64,000 bases of DNA from an uncultured Actinomycetota bacterium. Lineage in GTDB: Bacteria > Actinomycetota > Actinomycetes > Actinomycetales > Dermatophilaceae. The stretch's first letter is position 1. Every line of letters starts with the position of its first letter. Both the position numbers and the translations under genes were made by a program. Positions 40,186 to 49,416 of this stretch are shown here, piece after piece. A model generated the notes under the pieces. It did no database searches. It saw only the letters and a list, made by a program, of their open reading frames with translations, and was not told where the DNA came from. The stretch covers positions 64,352 through 128,351 of the forward strand of contig CAWGWN010000003.1 of NCBI GenBank assembly GCA_963826375.1, given 5' to 3'.

Positions 40186-42731
40186 GTGTCCGTACCGGCC
40201 GCGATGACGGCCAGGGGGACGGCCTCGGTGTCCGGCCGGCCGTGGCCGATGGCAGCCTCGAGCTACCCCTGCCCCCCGGGGCGCCTGGGTCGCTCTGGCG
40301 TTCGGCCGGCCTGCTCACGAGCGTCGCCAGCCAGGCCGGCGCCGGCCCCCTGGCGACCCAGGGCGGCCAGGCGTTCTTCCTCGCCCGGACGTGGGCCGGA
40401 GCCGCCTTCGACGCGGCCCGTCAGGATGCGGCCCGGACGGCCGAGCGGATCACCGGGCAGGGTGAGCGGCTGGGCGACGCGGCCGCGGCCCTCGCCGGCT
40501 TCGGAGACGCCCTGGACCTCGCCCAGCGTCGGGTGCTGGTGCTGCAGCGCGCCTGGGACGCCGCCCACCGCGCCGCCGTCACGACGCTGACAGACCTGCC
40601 CTTCGCCGGCACTCCGGACGGAGGATCGGTCGGCCACACCGCCGAGACAGCGCGACGTGCGGCGTGCGCCGAGCTGACCCGTCATTACGCCGACTGCCTG
40701 GCGGAGCTCGACACTGCCGCCGGCCGAGCGACCCAGGCTCTGCTCTCGCTGGCGGATCGGGCAACTCAGCGCGTCGTGCCGGCCGGGGCTGGGGGGTCAG
40801 CGGCGGCAGAGACGCCGTCGCAGAACGCTCGCTCCGCCGCCCTCGCCGGGCTGGACGTGGTGACGGGCCGACTGGCGACGCTGCGGGCCGAGGCGGACGC
40901 GGTGGAGCTGCAGGGACTGCTCGACAGCGTGGCGCGGGGGCGGGTGGAGGCGGTGGACGACGCAGCCCGGCTGCTGTCCGGCCGCGGCGCCGACCCGATC
41001 TTCGCCACGGCGGTGATGGCGTCGATGAGCCCAGCACAGCTCGGCGCGGTCGTCGCCGCCTGCGCGGTCCGGGGTCCCGAGTCCTGGGCCGTGGACCCGA
41101 CCTGGCTCGCAGCGCGTAGCGCCGCCCTCGTATCGGGGCTCGGCGTCGCGATGACGACTGCCGCCGACCCTCGCCGCACCAGGGCGCTCGACCCCGCCAC
41201 CGCCGGCCGGATCGACCGCTGGCGCGCCGGGTGGCTCCCGAGGCTGTCGGCGTCGGTGGGCCAGTCCGTGCATCGTCCCGACGGGTCGACGGTCGGCGGT
41301 GGCTGGGTGCAGGGGCAGCTCCTTGCGGGCGCGGCCCGCGAGGGCCCCGGCCACAGCCCCGGCCCGCTCTACGCCGCGAGCGTCGGCATGGCGATGGTCG
41401 GCCTCGAGCGGGCGGTGGTCCGCCGTGCCGGCTCGGGCGAGGGGATGCACTTCACGGGGACCACCGGAGGTCGCATCAGCGTGTTCGGGCCGGGGTTGGA
41501 GGACGGGATCCTCGCGCTCGAACAGTCCCTGCGCGCCGATCCCGAGTCGAGCCGGGCGTTCCTGCTGGGCCCGGTGCCTGCGGAGCGTGACGTGCTCGTC
41601 GTCGACCACCTCGTCGGTGACCGCTTCCGGCTGCTGCCGGACGAGCAGGCCGCCGCCTCGCTGGCCGCACTGGGCGAGCTGGTCGTCGAGGCGGGTTCGG
41701 ACCCCCGAGACATGAAGTCGACACATCTCGCGGCCCGGTTCGTCAACGACGTCGGGGCCACGGCCGCGAGTGCGCAGGACCTGCCCCGGTTCCGCCGTGC
41801 CCTCGCCCCGGCCCTCTACCCTCTCGCGACCGTCATCGGCTCCCATCCGGATGCCCTCTGCGACCTCCTCGACGGGACGACCCAGCAAGGGGTCGACGCC
41901 CAGCAGCTCGACTCGGTCGAGCGGCTGGTGCGCCAGGGACGCGAACCCGGCACGTCCGACATCGTCTGGGCCGACCGGCGGACGGCAGCGGCGGCCCTCG
42001 GTGAGCTGGCCCTCGACCGGGTCGACGGCGCCTCCGCGTCCGACGGGCCGACCCGTGCGCCCGCTCTCGTGCACGTCGTCGAGTCCCTGGCGGAACGCCA
42101 GCAACCAGACCTCCTGTCGGCGGTGGCACGCGACGGGGCCGGTGACCCCCATGCACTCGACGCGGCCGCTCGCCGGGTCGGCAGCACGGTCGGCTTCACC
42201 GTGGCGAGCGGCGGCGAGACCCTGGCCGTTGTCCGGGCGACGCAGGACGCGGAGCACACGGCGATGACGGCCGTCGCCGACCTGGTCGTCGACGACATGC
42301 CGCTGCCGCACCAGCTGGGCAAGGTCGGGGCTGCGCTCGCCCGGCACGCGGCGGCCGGGGTCGTGGCCGAGCTGCTGCCGACCGATGCGGAGTCGACCCA
42401 GCGTGCGGCCACCGCCGCGACGCTGGGCAGGATCGGCGACGACGCCACCGCCGCCGGCCGGACGGTGGTCAGCGAAGCCGCCCCGTGGTCCGCGGCCCAG
42501 TCACCCCAGACCTGGGCGGCCGGCACGACCCGCCACGTCACGCCGTTCTGGGGCGCCGACGGGCGTCCGCGGCCGGAGACCGAGCTGCAGACCGCCGAGC
42601 TGCGCTCGTTCAACGACTGGCGCCGCGACCTGGCGCTGTCGGTCTACGACGAGGTGCCGGCGCGGATCCGGGCCGGCATCGAGGCCGGCGCCGCCCAGGC
42701 CCTGACCCAGGTCCCTCGCCACCCCTCGTAG
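40182..42731 (+). CDS. Large putative T7SS effector with an N-terminal WXG100-like domain; C-terminal region of unknown function
   Basis: PGAPGSLWRSA...TWAGAAFDAAR...L..AAAAL..F...L..AQ; GTGA overlap with the small partner. Confidence 0.65.
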   Translation: MSVRTGRDDGQGDGLGVRPAVADGSLELPLPPGAPGSLWRSAGLLTSVASQAGAGPLATQGGQAFFLARTWAGAAFDAARQDAARTAERITGQGERLGDAAAALAGFGDALDLAQRRVLVLQRAWDAAHRAAVTTLTDLPFAGTPDGGSVGHTAETARRAACAELTRHYADCLAELDTAAGRATQALLSLADRATQRVVPAGAGGSAAAETPSQNARSAALAGLDVVTGRLATLRAEADAVELQGLLDSVARGRVEAVDDAARLLSGRGADPIFATAVMASMSPAQLGAVVAACAVRGPESWAVDPTWLAARSAALVSGLGVAMTTAADPRRTRALDPATAGRIDRWRAGWLPRLSASVGQSVHRPDGSTVGGGWVQGQLLAGAAREGPGHSPGPLYAASVGMAMVGLERAVVRRAGSGEGMHFTGTTGGRISVFGPGLEDGILALEQSLRADPESSRAFLLGPVPAERDVLVVDHLVGDRFRLLPDEQAAASLAALGELVVEAGSDPRDMKSTHLAARFVNDVGATAASAQDLPRFRRALAPALYPLATVIGSHPDALCDLLDGTTQQGVDAQQLDSVERLVRQGREPGTSDIVWADRRTAAAALGELALDRVDGASASDGPTRAPALVHVVESLAERQQPDLLSAVARDGAGDPHALDAAARRVGSTVGFTVASGGETLAVVRATQDAEHTAMTAVADLVVDDMPLPHQLGKVGAALARHAAAGVVAELLPTDAESTQRAATAATLGRIGDDATAAGRTVVSEAAPWSAAQSPQTWAAGTTRHVTPFWGADGRPRPETELQTAELRSFNDWRRDLALSVYDEVPARIRAGIEAGAAQALTQVPRHPS

Positions 42732-42743
42732 CCGGCGCGACGC

Positions 42744-42959
42744 CTACCGGGTGGGCTCGCCGTCCTCCCGTTCCCGCCGGACCGCGTCGGGCACCTGCCC
42801 CTCCCAGTCGGCCGGGGTCCAGGACTGCGAGCGGACCCACTCGCTGCCGCAGGAGCGGCAGGCGAAGAGCCGCTCCCCGTCGAGCTCGTCGCCGGTCGCG
42901 TCCCACGCGCACTCGGACAGGCACGCGGAGATCGCCAGCGCGCGGGTCGGTCGGTCCAT
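42744..42959 (-). CDS. Small Cys-rich protein (71 aa), possible zinc ribbon
   Basis: CLSEC and CRSC, Trp-rich (EWVRSQSWTP); GAGGAT-N6-ATG. Confidence 0.65.
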   Translation of the reverse strand: MDRPTRALAISACLSECAWDATGDELDGERLFACRSCGSEWVRSQSWTPADWEGQVPDAVRREREDGEPTR

Positions 42960-43016
42960 GGACCCATCCTCGCAAGGGTGGCGGCATCCGCCGTCACCAC
43001 GTGCCAGGGTGAGGGG

Positions 43017-43805
43017 GTGAGGACCGCGTCGCAGCACCCGTACTTCGACGCTCCCCCTGTGGCGCTGGCCCATCAGGGTGGCGACGGCCACCCGCCCACC
43101 CGCGGCCTCGGGAACACCATGGCGGCGTTCCGGTCCGCAGTGGAGCTGGGCTACCGCTATCTCGAGACCGACGTGCACGCCACCCGGGACGGGCACCTCG
43201 TCGTCTTCCACGACGACCGGCTGGACCGGGTGACCGACGGGCAGGGCCTCATCGCCCAGCTGCCTTGGCGGACCGTGCAGTCGGCCCGGGTTCGCGGCGT
43301 GGAGCCGATCCCGGAGCTGAGCGAGGTGCTCGAGACGTTCCCCGGCATGCGGGTCAACGTCGACATCAAGGCACCCGGGGCCATCGGACCGCTGTGGCGG
43401 GTGATCCGAGAGCACGGCGCCGAGGACCGGGTCTGCGTCGGGTCGTTCTCCAACCGTCGGCTGGCGGCGTTTCGCCGGCTCAGCGGACCTCGGGTGGCCA
43501 CCGCGGCCGGGGTGCTCGGGACGGCGGCTCTGCGCTTCGCCCCCGACTGGGTCTCGACCTGGCTGCACTCGCCGGCTCAGGCCCTGCAGGTCCCGGCGTC
43601 CGTGTCGCTGTGGGGGCTGACCCGACCGGTCGTCACCCCCCAGCTGCTCCGCACCGCGCACCGACTGGGCAAGCAGGTCCATGTCTGGACCGTCGACGAG
43701 GCGCCCGAGATGGAGCGTCTGCTCGACCTCGGCGTCGACGGGATCGTCAGCGACCGGATCGAGGTCCTGCGCGACGTCCTCGTCGCCCGGGGGCAGTGGC
43801 ACTGA
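43017..43805 (+). CDS. Glycerophosphodiester phosphodiesterase family protein
   Basis: AHQGG, NT.AAF, ETDVHATRDG..VVFHD and HVWTVD..DGIVSD. Confidence 0.9.
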   Translation: MRTASQHPYFDAPPVALAHQGGDGHPPTRGLGNTMAAFRSAVELGYRYLETDVHATRDGHLVVFHDDRLDRVTDGQGLIAQLPWRTVQSARVRGVEPIPELSEVLETFPGMRVNVDIKAPGAIGPLWRVIREHGAEDRVCVGSFSNRRLAAFRRLSGPRVATAAGVLGTAALRFAPDWVSTWLHSPAQALQVPASVSLWGLTRPVVTPQLLRTAHRLGKQVHVWTVDEAPEMERLLDLGVDGIVSDRIEVLRDVLVARGQWH

Positions 43806-43853
43806 CGGAAACCCGGTCGTCGGGCCTCCCCGCCCGACCGTAGACTCCACCCA

Positions 43854-45269
43854 GTGAGCACCGGGGACCTGAGCAGCGAGGCCACCGTCACGGGTGAGGC
43901 CGCGGCTGGCCCGTTCGCCCCGGCATACCGGCTGATCACCGTCGCCCTCGTGGCGCTGGTGACGATCATCGCCTTCGAGTTCATGGCGATCGCCACAGCG
44001 ATGCCGAGCGCCGCCGTCGAGCTCGACGCCGTCCGCAGCTACGGCCTCGCCTTCTCCGTCATGCTCACCGCGGAGCTGCTCGGCATCGTCGTGGCCGGGG
44101 TCTGGGCCGACCGGTCGGGACCGATGCCGGGCCTCTACACCGGGCAGCTGCTCTTCATCCTGGGGGCGGCGACCTGCGGCCTGGCCACCTCCTTCCCGAT
44201 GCTGCTCGTGGGCCGTGTCATCACCGGCCTGGGCTCGGGCATCGTCGTCGTGGTCCTCTACGTCGTCGTCGGCCAGGTCTACCCGGCAGCGGTCCGACCG
44301 CGGGTGTTCAGCTACGTGTCCGCGGCGTGGGTGCTGCCGTCGCTCGTCGGGGCACCGCTCGCGGGCTGGCTCGCCTCGGCCTTCACCTGGCGGCTGGTGT
44401 TCTGGGTGGTCGTCCCGCCCGCCCTGGCGACCCTGGCGATCGTCCGCAGGCAGTCCGCGGCGATCCGCGGCCGGGACGACCGGGCCGAGCACGGTGCCGC
44501 GGAGCGGTCCCGTCACCGGCGCACCGCCCAGCTCGGGGTCCTCGTCGCGCTCGCGGCCGGGCTCGTCCAGCTCGGGACGCATGAGCGGTTCCCGTTGCTC
44601 TCGTGGCAGAGCGTGGCTGCCGTCGTCGGGGTGGCCGGCCTGGTCGTCGTGACCCCCCGGCTGCTTCCTGCGGGGACGGCTCGGATGGCCCGCGGGATGC
44701 CGTCGGTCATCCTCAGCCGGTTCCTGCTCAACACCGCCTTCAACGGCTCGATCACCTTCATCCCGCTGATGCTCACCCAGATCCGAGGCGCTCCCCTGTC
44801 GTTCGCCGGAGCCGTCCTCGCCGTCGGCTCGCTCGGCTGGACGGCCGGCTCATGGATCCAGGGCCTGCGCTCGATGGCCGGGCGCCGCGCCGACCTCGTC
44901 TCCCTCGGTGGGATGTTTCTCGCCTCCGGCTGCGCCTCCCTCGCTCTCATCGCGTGGAGCGGTGTGTCGGTCTGGTACTTCGGGCTGGCCATGGTGCTGG
45001 CCGGCGTCGGCATGGGGCTGGCCTCGACCTCCCTCTCGGTCCTCGTGCTCGACCTCGCCGCTGTCGGCGAGTTCGGCAACGCCTCCGCCTCGTTGCAGCT
45101 GTCCGACGTCCTCGGCAGCGTCATCGGCATCGCGGCGGCGAGCGCCATCTTCGCCTCCCTCCACGTGACCGGTGGCGACAGCAGCACCTACGTCGTCATC
45201 TGGGGCCTGCTGGCCGCCGTCGCCGCCCTGGTCGTCGTCGGTGGCCGGCGCTGCGCGCCGCGGGGCTGA
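43854..45269 (+). CDS. MFS transporter
   Basis: About 14 hydrophobic segments, G.WADRSG motif; TAGACT-N7-GTG. Confidence 0.9.
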   Translation: MSTGDLSSEATVTGEAAAGPFAPAYRLITVALVALVTIIAFEFMAIATAMPSAAVELDAVRSYGLAFSVMLTAELLGIVVAGVWADRSGPMPGLYTGQLLFILGAATCGLATSFPMLLVGRVITGLGSGIVVVVLYVVVGQVYPAAVRPRVFSYVSAAWVLPSLVGAPLAGWLASAFTWRLVFWVVVPPALATLAIVRRQSAAIRGRDDRAEHGAAERSRHRRTAQLGVLVALAAGLVQLGTHERFPLLSWQSVAAVVGVAGLVVVTPRLLPAGTARMARGMPSVILSRFLLNTAFNGSITFIPLMLTQIRGAPLSFAGAVLAVGSLGWTAGSWIQGLRSMAGRRADLVSLGGMFLASGCASLALIAWSGVSVWYFGLAMVLAGVGMGLASTSLSVLVLDLAAVGEFGNASASLQLSDVLGSVIGIAAASAIFASLHVTGGDSSTYVVIWGLLAAVAALVVVGGRRCAPRG

Positions 45270-45278
45270 CGACCGACG

Positions 45279-45908
45279 TCACCGCACGAGGACGTGACCG
45301 CGCCGCATCGCCACGCGGACCCAGCGCCCATGCGTGAGGACGCGGGCCACACCGTCCGGCTCAAGGAACCCCAGGACGTATGCCGCGAACGCGGCGCCCG
45401 CAGGCACCGGCGGCGTGGTCTCGGTCAGGCGTCCCCACACGGACTGTCGCAGCATCGCCACCGCGGGACCCCCGGATGAGGGAGGCGACCCCTGCGCCAC
45501 CTCGGCGATGCCCGTCCGGGCGGCGAGCTCGAGCTCGGCATGGGCCAGCTCGCCGACCGGCTCCCACCCACTGCGGCTCGGAGCCAGGGACGCCCACACC
45601 GCCGTCACCGTGACCGGCGGCACCGCGAGCTCATACCCGACCGGCTGGCGTGCGAAGCGGTCGGCCAGACTGGCGAGCGAGACGACGACGTCGACGTCTG
45701 ACGGCTCGCCGAGCGTCATGACCCGCATCCCCGTCACCGTGCCCTCACCGAGCAGCCCGCGGCCGGGGAGCACCCCCACCTGGGCCGTCAGGGTCGTCCC
45801 GAACGCGGTCAGGTGTATGGCGCCCTCCGGGTCGACGGTGCGCGCTCGCCCGACGAAGGTGGCGAGGTCGGCATACCCCTGCTCGTCGTCGAGGACGAGC
45901 CCGCTCAT
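45279..45908 (-). CDS. Conserved actinobacterial protein (Rv2474c-like)
   Basis: DLATFVGRAR.VDP.GAI.L; ATGA-coupled to the thioesterase, as in the mycobacterial Rv2475c-Rv2474c pair. Confidence 0.75.
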   Translation of the reverse strand: MSGLVLDDEQGYADLATFVGRARTVDPEGAIHLTAFGTTLTAQVGVLPGRGLLGEGTVTGMRVMTLGEPSDVDVVVSLASLADRFARQPVGYELAVPPVTVTAVWASLAPSRSGWEPVGELAHAELELAARTGIAEVAQGSPPSSGGPAVAMLRQSVWGRLTETTPPVPAGAAFAAYVLGFLEPDGVARVLTHGRWVRVAMRRGHVLVR

Positions 45909-46354
45909 CGGCTGCGCCAGCGGAACGGCACCGGCTCGCCCAGGTGAGCCTGCAGGATCTCGCGCTCGTCGGGACGGATCCGTCGCGGGCTCGACGCGGG
46001 GAAGTCGTAGACCACCAGGCCCGTCTCGGCGCGGGCGTAGTGCCCTGCGCCGACCCCGTCCGGGTCGCGGACGTCGTAGCCGAGGTCGAACCCCGCGCCG
46101 CCGACCTTCGTGCACCACATGTCGACCGCGATCGGGGCGTGCCGGAAGGTCAGTGGCGCGATGTACTCGATCTCGTGCCGGGTGACGAGGACGCCCTCGT
46201 CGAGCAGGGCCTTGTCCCGACCGAACCACTGCTCGAACCCGGTGACCCGGGCGTCCTCGAGCAGGCGGAGGAACTGGACGTTGTTGACGTGCCCGTAGGC
46301 GTCCATGTCGGACCAGCGCAGCGGGACACTCACGCGGTAGTGCGAGGACGGCAT
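45905..46354 (-). CDS. Acyl-CoA thioesterase (4HBT/hotdog)
   Basis: LRWSDMDAYGHVNNVQFLRLLEDAR. Confidence 0.92.
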   Translation of the reverse strand: MPSSHYRVSVPLRWSDMDAYGHVNNVQFLRLLEDARVTGFEQWFGRDKALLDEGVLVTRHEIEYIAPLTFRHAPIAVDMWCTKVGGAGFDLGYDVRDPDGVGAGHYARAETGLVVYDFPASSPRRIRPDEREILQAHLGEPVPFRWRSR

Positions 46355-46439
46355 ACCCCATCTTGGCAGGCCCGACCCCTGGGGGGCCGCCTACCCCGCT
46401 GCTCTGTCCGGCCGACCAGGGACGACGCCCGATCACCCT

Positions 46440-46461
46440 TGTCCGGCCCGCCCCGTACGGT
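46440..46461 (+). promoter_or_regulatory. Possible PafBC/RecA-NDp-type DNA-damage promoter TGTCCG-N10-TACGGT
   Basis: 5/6 match to TGTCGG with correct N10 spacing to the -10; ATG follows 6 nt later. Confidence 0.4.
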
Positions 46462-46467
46462 GGCCGG

Positions 46468-48594
46468 ATGAGTGCTCCTCCGGCCACCGAGCCTGCTGAC
46501 AACCTCGCGGCTGACGCCACGACAGCACTGGGTCGCCTCGTGGGCCGCGACGACGTCGAGTTCCGCGACGGGCAGCTCTCGGCGATCGAAGCGCTCGTCG
46601 GTGGCCGGCAGCGGGTCCTCGTGGTCCAGCGCACCGGGTGGGGCAAGTCGGCGGTGTACTTCGTCTCGACAGCGCTGCGACGGGCGGCCGGCGCCGGTCC
46701 GAGCATCATCATCTCCCCGCTGCTCGCCCTCATGCGCGACCAGATCGCCGCCGCCGAGCGGGCCGGCATCCGTGCCGTCTCGATGAACTCGGCGAACGCG
46801 CAGGAGTGGGGCGACATCGCCGCGGCTCTGGCTCGCGACGAGGTCGACGTCCTTCTGGTCAGCCCGGAACGGCTCAACAACCCGCGCTTCCGTGAGGAGC
46901 AGCTGCCCGACCTCGCGCGCCGGTGCGGGCTGCTCGTCGTCGACGAGGCGCACTGCGTCAGCGACTGGGGGCACGACTTCCGGCCGGACTACCGCCGGAT
47001 CCGCGACCTGCTGACCACCCTGCCGTCCGACACCCCTGTCCTCGCGACGACCGCGACGGCCAACGCCCGGGTCGTCACCGATGTCGCCGAGCAGCTGGGA
47101 GCCGGCGGTCACGACGTGCTCACCCTCCGGGGTGGCCTGGCTCGGGAGTCGCTGCGACTCGGCGTGCTGCCGCTCGCCGCGCCGGAGCAGCGGGTCGCCT
47201 GGCTGCTCGCCCACCTCGACGAGCTGCCGGGCAGCGGGATCATCTACACGCTGACGGTGTCGGGCGCGGACGACGTCGCGGCCACCCTGCGTGAGGCCGG
47301 ACATGAGGTGCGCTCCTACACCGGCCGCACCGACCCGGCAGACCGCGAGAGCCTTGAGGCGGCCCTACGGGACAACCGGGTCAAGGCGCTGGTCGCGACC
47401 AGCGCCTTGGGCATGGGGTTCGACAAGCCCGACCTCGGGTTCGTCCTCCATCTCGGTGCGCCGTCCTCGCCGGTCGCTTACTACCAGCAGGTCGGACGTG
47501 CCGGACGTGCGACGAGCAGCGCCGACGTCCTGCTGCTGCCCGGGCCCGAGGACAAGGACATCTGGCGCTACTTCGCGTCGGCGTCGATGCCGAGGCAGGA
47601 GCAGGCCGACGCGGTGCTCACGGCCCTCGCCGAGTCGCCGAAGCCGCTGTCCACACCGGCCCTGGAGACCATCGTCGACATCCGACGCACCCGGCTCGAG
47701 CTGCTCCTCAAGGTCCTGGACGTGGACGGAGCCGTCGCCAAGGTGCCCGGCGGGTGGACCTCGACCGGGACGCCGTGGAGCTATGACGCCGAGCGGTATG
47801 AGCGAGTGGCCCAGGCCCGCGACCGCGAGCAGCAGCTGATGCTCGACTACGAGAGCGGCACGGGCTGCCGAATGGAGTTCTTGCAGCGGTCCCTCGACGA
47901 CGACACCGCTGCCCCGTGCGGGCGGTGCGACCAGTGCGCTGGCGTGTGGTTCGCCGACACCGTCCCCGACGCGGCCCTGCTCACCGCCCGTGGGCAGCTG
48001 CAGCGGGTCGGGGTCGACCTCGAGCCACGGGGGCAGTGGCCGAGCGGTATGGCGCGCCTGGGGGTCCCGCTCTCCGGCAAGATCGCCGCGAACGAGGCCG
48101 TGTCGGCCGGCCGCGCTCTGGCCCGGCTGACCGACCTCGGCTGGGGCCAGCGGCTGCGCGAGCTGCTCCGGGCGGACGCTCCGGTGTCTCCGGAGCTGCT
48201 CCGCGCCTGCGTCGGCGTCCTGCGCGACTGGGGCTGGTCGCAGCGCCCGACCGGGGTGGTCGCCGTGCCGTCGCGGTCGCGTCCGGAGCTCGTCGACTCG
48301 CTCGCCCGGGGGCTCTCGGAGATCGGCCGGCTGCCGTTCCTCGGGACGCTCGACCTCGTCGAGGACGGCCCGACCGGGGAGGCTGGCGGGAACAGCGCCT
48401 TCCGGCTCGCCGGGGTCTGGGGCCGGATCGCGGTGCCCCCGGAGCTCGCGTCGACGCTCGCCGCCTCCTCCGGTCCAGTGCTGCTGGTCGACGACCTCGT
48501 CGACTCTCGCTGGACCATGACGGTGTGCGGGCAGGCGGTTCGAGCGGCCGGCGCCGACGCCGTGCTGCCCTTCGCCCTCGCCACCGCCGGCTGA
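46468..48594 (+). CDS. RecQ-family helicase with Zn domain and C-terminal PRTase-like domain (RqlH-like)
   Basis: TGWGKS, DEAH, QQVGRAGR, C..F....D...CGRCD.C and VLLVDDLVDS.WT. Confidence 0.93.
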   Translation: MSAPPATEPADNLAADATTALGRLVGRDDVEFRDGQLSAIEALVGGRQRVLVVQRTGWGKSAVYFVSTALRRAAGAGPSIIISPLLALMRDQIAAAERAGIRAVSMNSANAQEWGDIAAALARDEVDVLLVSPERLNNPRFREEQLPDLARRCGLLVVDEAHCVSDWGHDFRPDYRRIRDLLTTLPSDTPVLATTATANARVVTDVAEQLGAGGHDVLTLRGGLARESLRLGVLPLAAPEQRVAWLLAHLDELPGSGIIYTLTVSGADDVAATLREAGHEVRSYTGRTDPADRESLEAALRDNRVKALVATSALGMGFDKPDLGFVLHLGAPSSPVAYYQQVGRAGRATSSADVLLLPGPEDKDIWRYFASASMPRQEQADAVLTALAESPKPLSTPALETIVDIRRTRLELLLKVLDVDGAVAKVPGGWTSTGTPWSYDAERYERVAQARDREQQLMLDYESGTGCRMEFLQRSLDDDTAAPCGRCDQCAGVWFADTVPDAALLTARGQLQRVGVDLEPRGQWPSGMARLGVPLSGKIAANEAVSAGRALARLTDLGWGQRLRELLRADAPVSPELLRACVGVLRDWGWSQRPTGVVAVPSRSRPELVDSLARGLSEIGRLPFLGTLDLVEDGPTGEAGGNSAFRLAGVWGRIAVPPELASTLAASSGPVLLVDDLVDSRWTMTVCGQAVRAAGADAVLPFALATAG

Positions 48595-48634
48595 GCTCAG
48601 CCCATCGAGCTCAGCCCCTCGAGCTCAGCCCATC
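48593..48634. repeat. 14-bp tandem repeat GAGCTCAGCCCMTC x3 between convergent genes
   Basis: Units at 48593, 48607 and 48621. Confidence 0.85.
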
Positions 48635-49416
48635 GACAGGGCACGGACATGACTGGTGAGCCGCTGGTCCGCCCAGACATGCACGGTGAAGGCCGGCGGC
48701 AGAGCCGGGTCGATGACGGCGCCGTCCGCGACCATCGCCGACTCGCTCGCAAGGACGAGCGTGGACACCACGCCGGGCGCGACGAGCACCGGACGGCCCG
48801 CGAACGTCGACGCCGCTGCGGTGTGCGCGTGACCGCACAGGACGGCAACGACCTGCTCGTGCCGCCGCAGGACGGAGGCCAGCCGCTCCGGCTCGAGGAG
48901 GCGCAGCGCGTCGATGGACGGCACGTGCAGCGACACGGGCGGGTGGTGGAAGCACACGAAGCTCGGTGTCCCCGCAGCACCGGCCAGCTGCTCCTCGAGC
49001 CAGTCGAGGGTGGTGTCGTCGAGAAGGCCCTCGTCGCGGCCCGGGATGCTCGAGTCGCACATCAGGAACCGCACGCCGCCGATGTCGAAGGCCTGGTTCA
49101 CCGGACCCGGTTCGCCGGCGCCGGTGAGGCCGACGCGTCCGCCGAGCAGCTGCGTCGTCATCGGCTCCCGGCGGTCGTGGTTACCGGGGCAGACGAGGAC
49201 CGGCACGGGGGCCAGACGTCCCAGCAGCCGTCCGACCTCGGCATACTCCTGCGGCAGGCCGTGGTCCGCGAGGTCGCCCGTCACCACGACGACGTCGGGC
49301 GGCGGGTCCATCGCGAGGACGTGCTCGACGACGCGACCTGCCCTGGCGGCGGCCCGCGGCGCGCCGTCGAGGTGCAGGTCGCTCAGCTGGACGACGACCA
49401 GCGGCGGCTCGGTCAC
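48625..49416 (-). CDS. CpdA/Icc-like metallophosphoesterase
   Basis: SDLH, TGDLAD, PGNHD, HHPP and GHAH; GTGA overlap with yczE. Confidence 0.9.
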   Translation of the reverse strand: MTEPPLVVVQLSDLHLDGAPRAAARAGRVVEHVLAMDPPPDVVVVTGDLADHGLPQEYAEVGRLLGRLAPVPVLVCPGNHDRREPMTTQLLGGRVGLTGAGEPGPVNQAFDIGGVRFLMCDSSIPGRDEGLLDDTTLDWLEEQLAGAAGTPSFVCFHHPPVSLHVPSIDALRLLEPERLASVLRRHEQVVAVLCGHAHTAAASTFAGRPVLVAPGVVSTLVLASESAMVADGAVIDPALPPAFTVHVWADQRLTSHVRALSMG

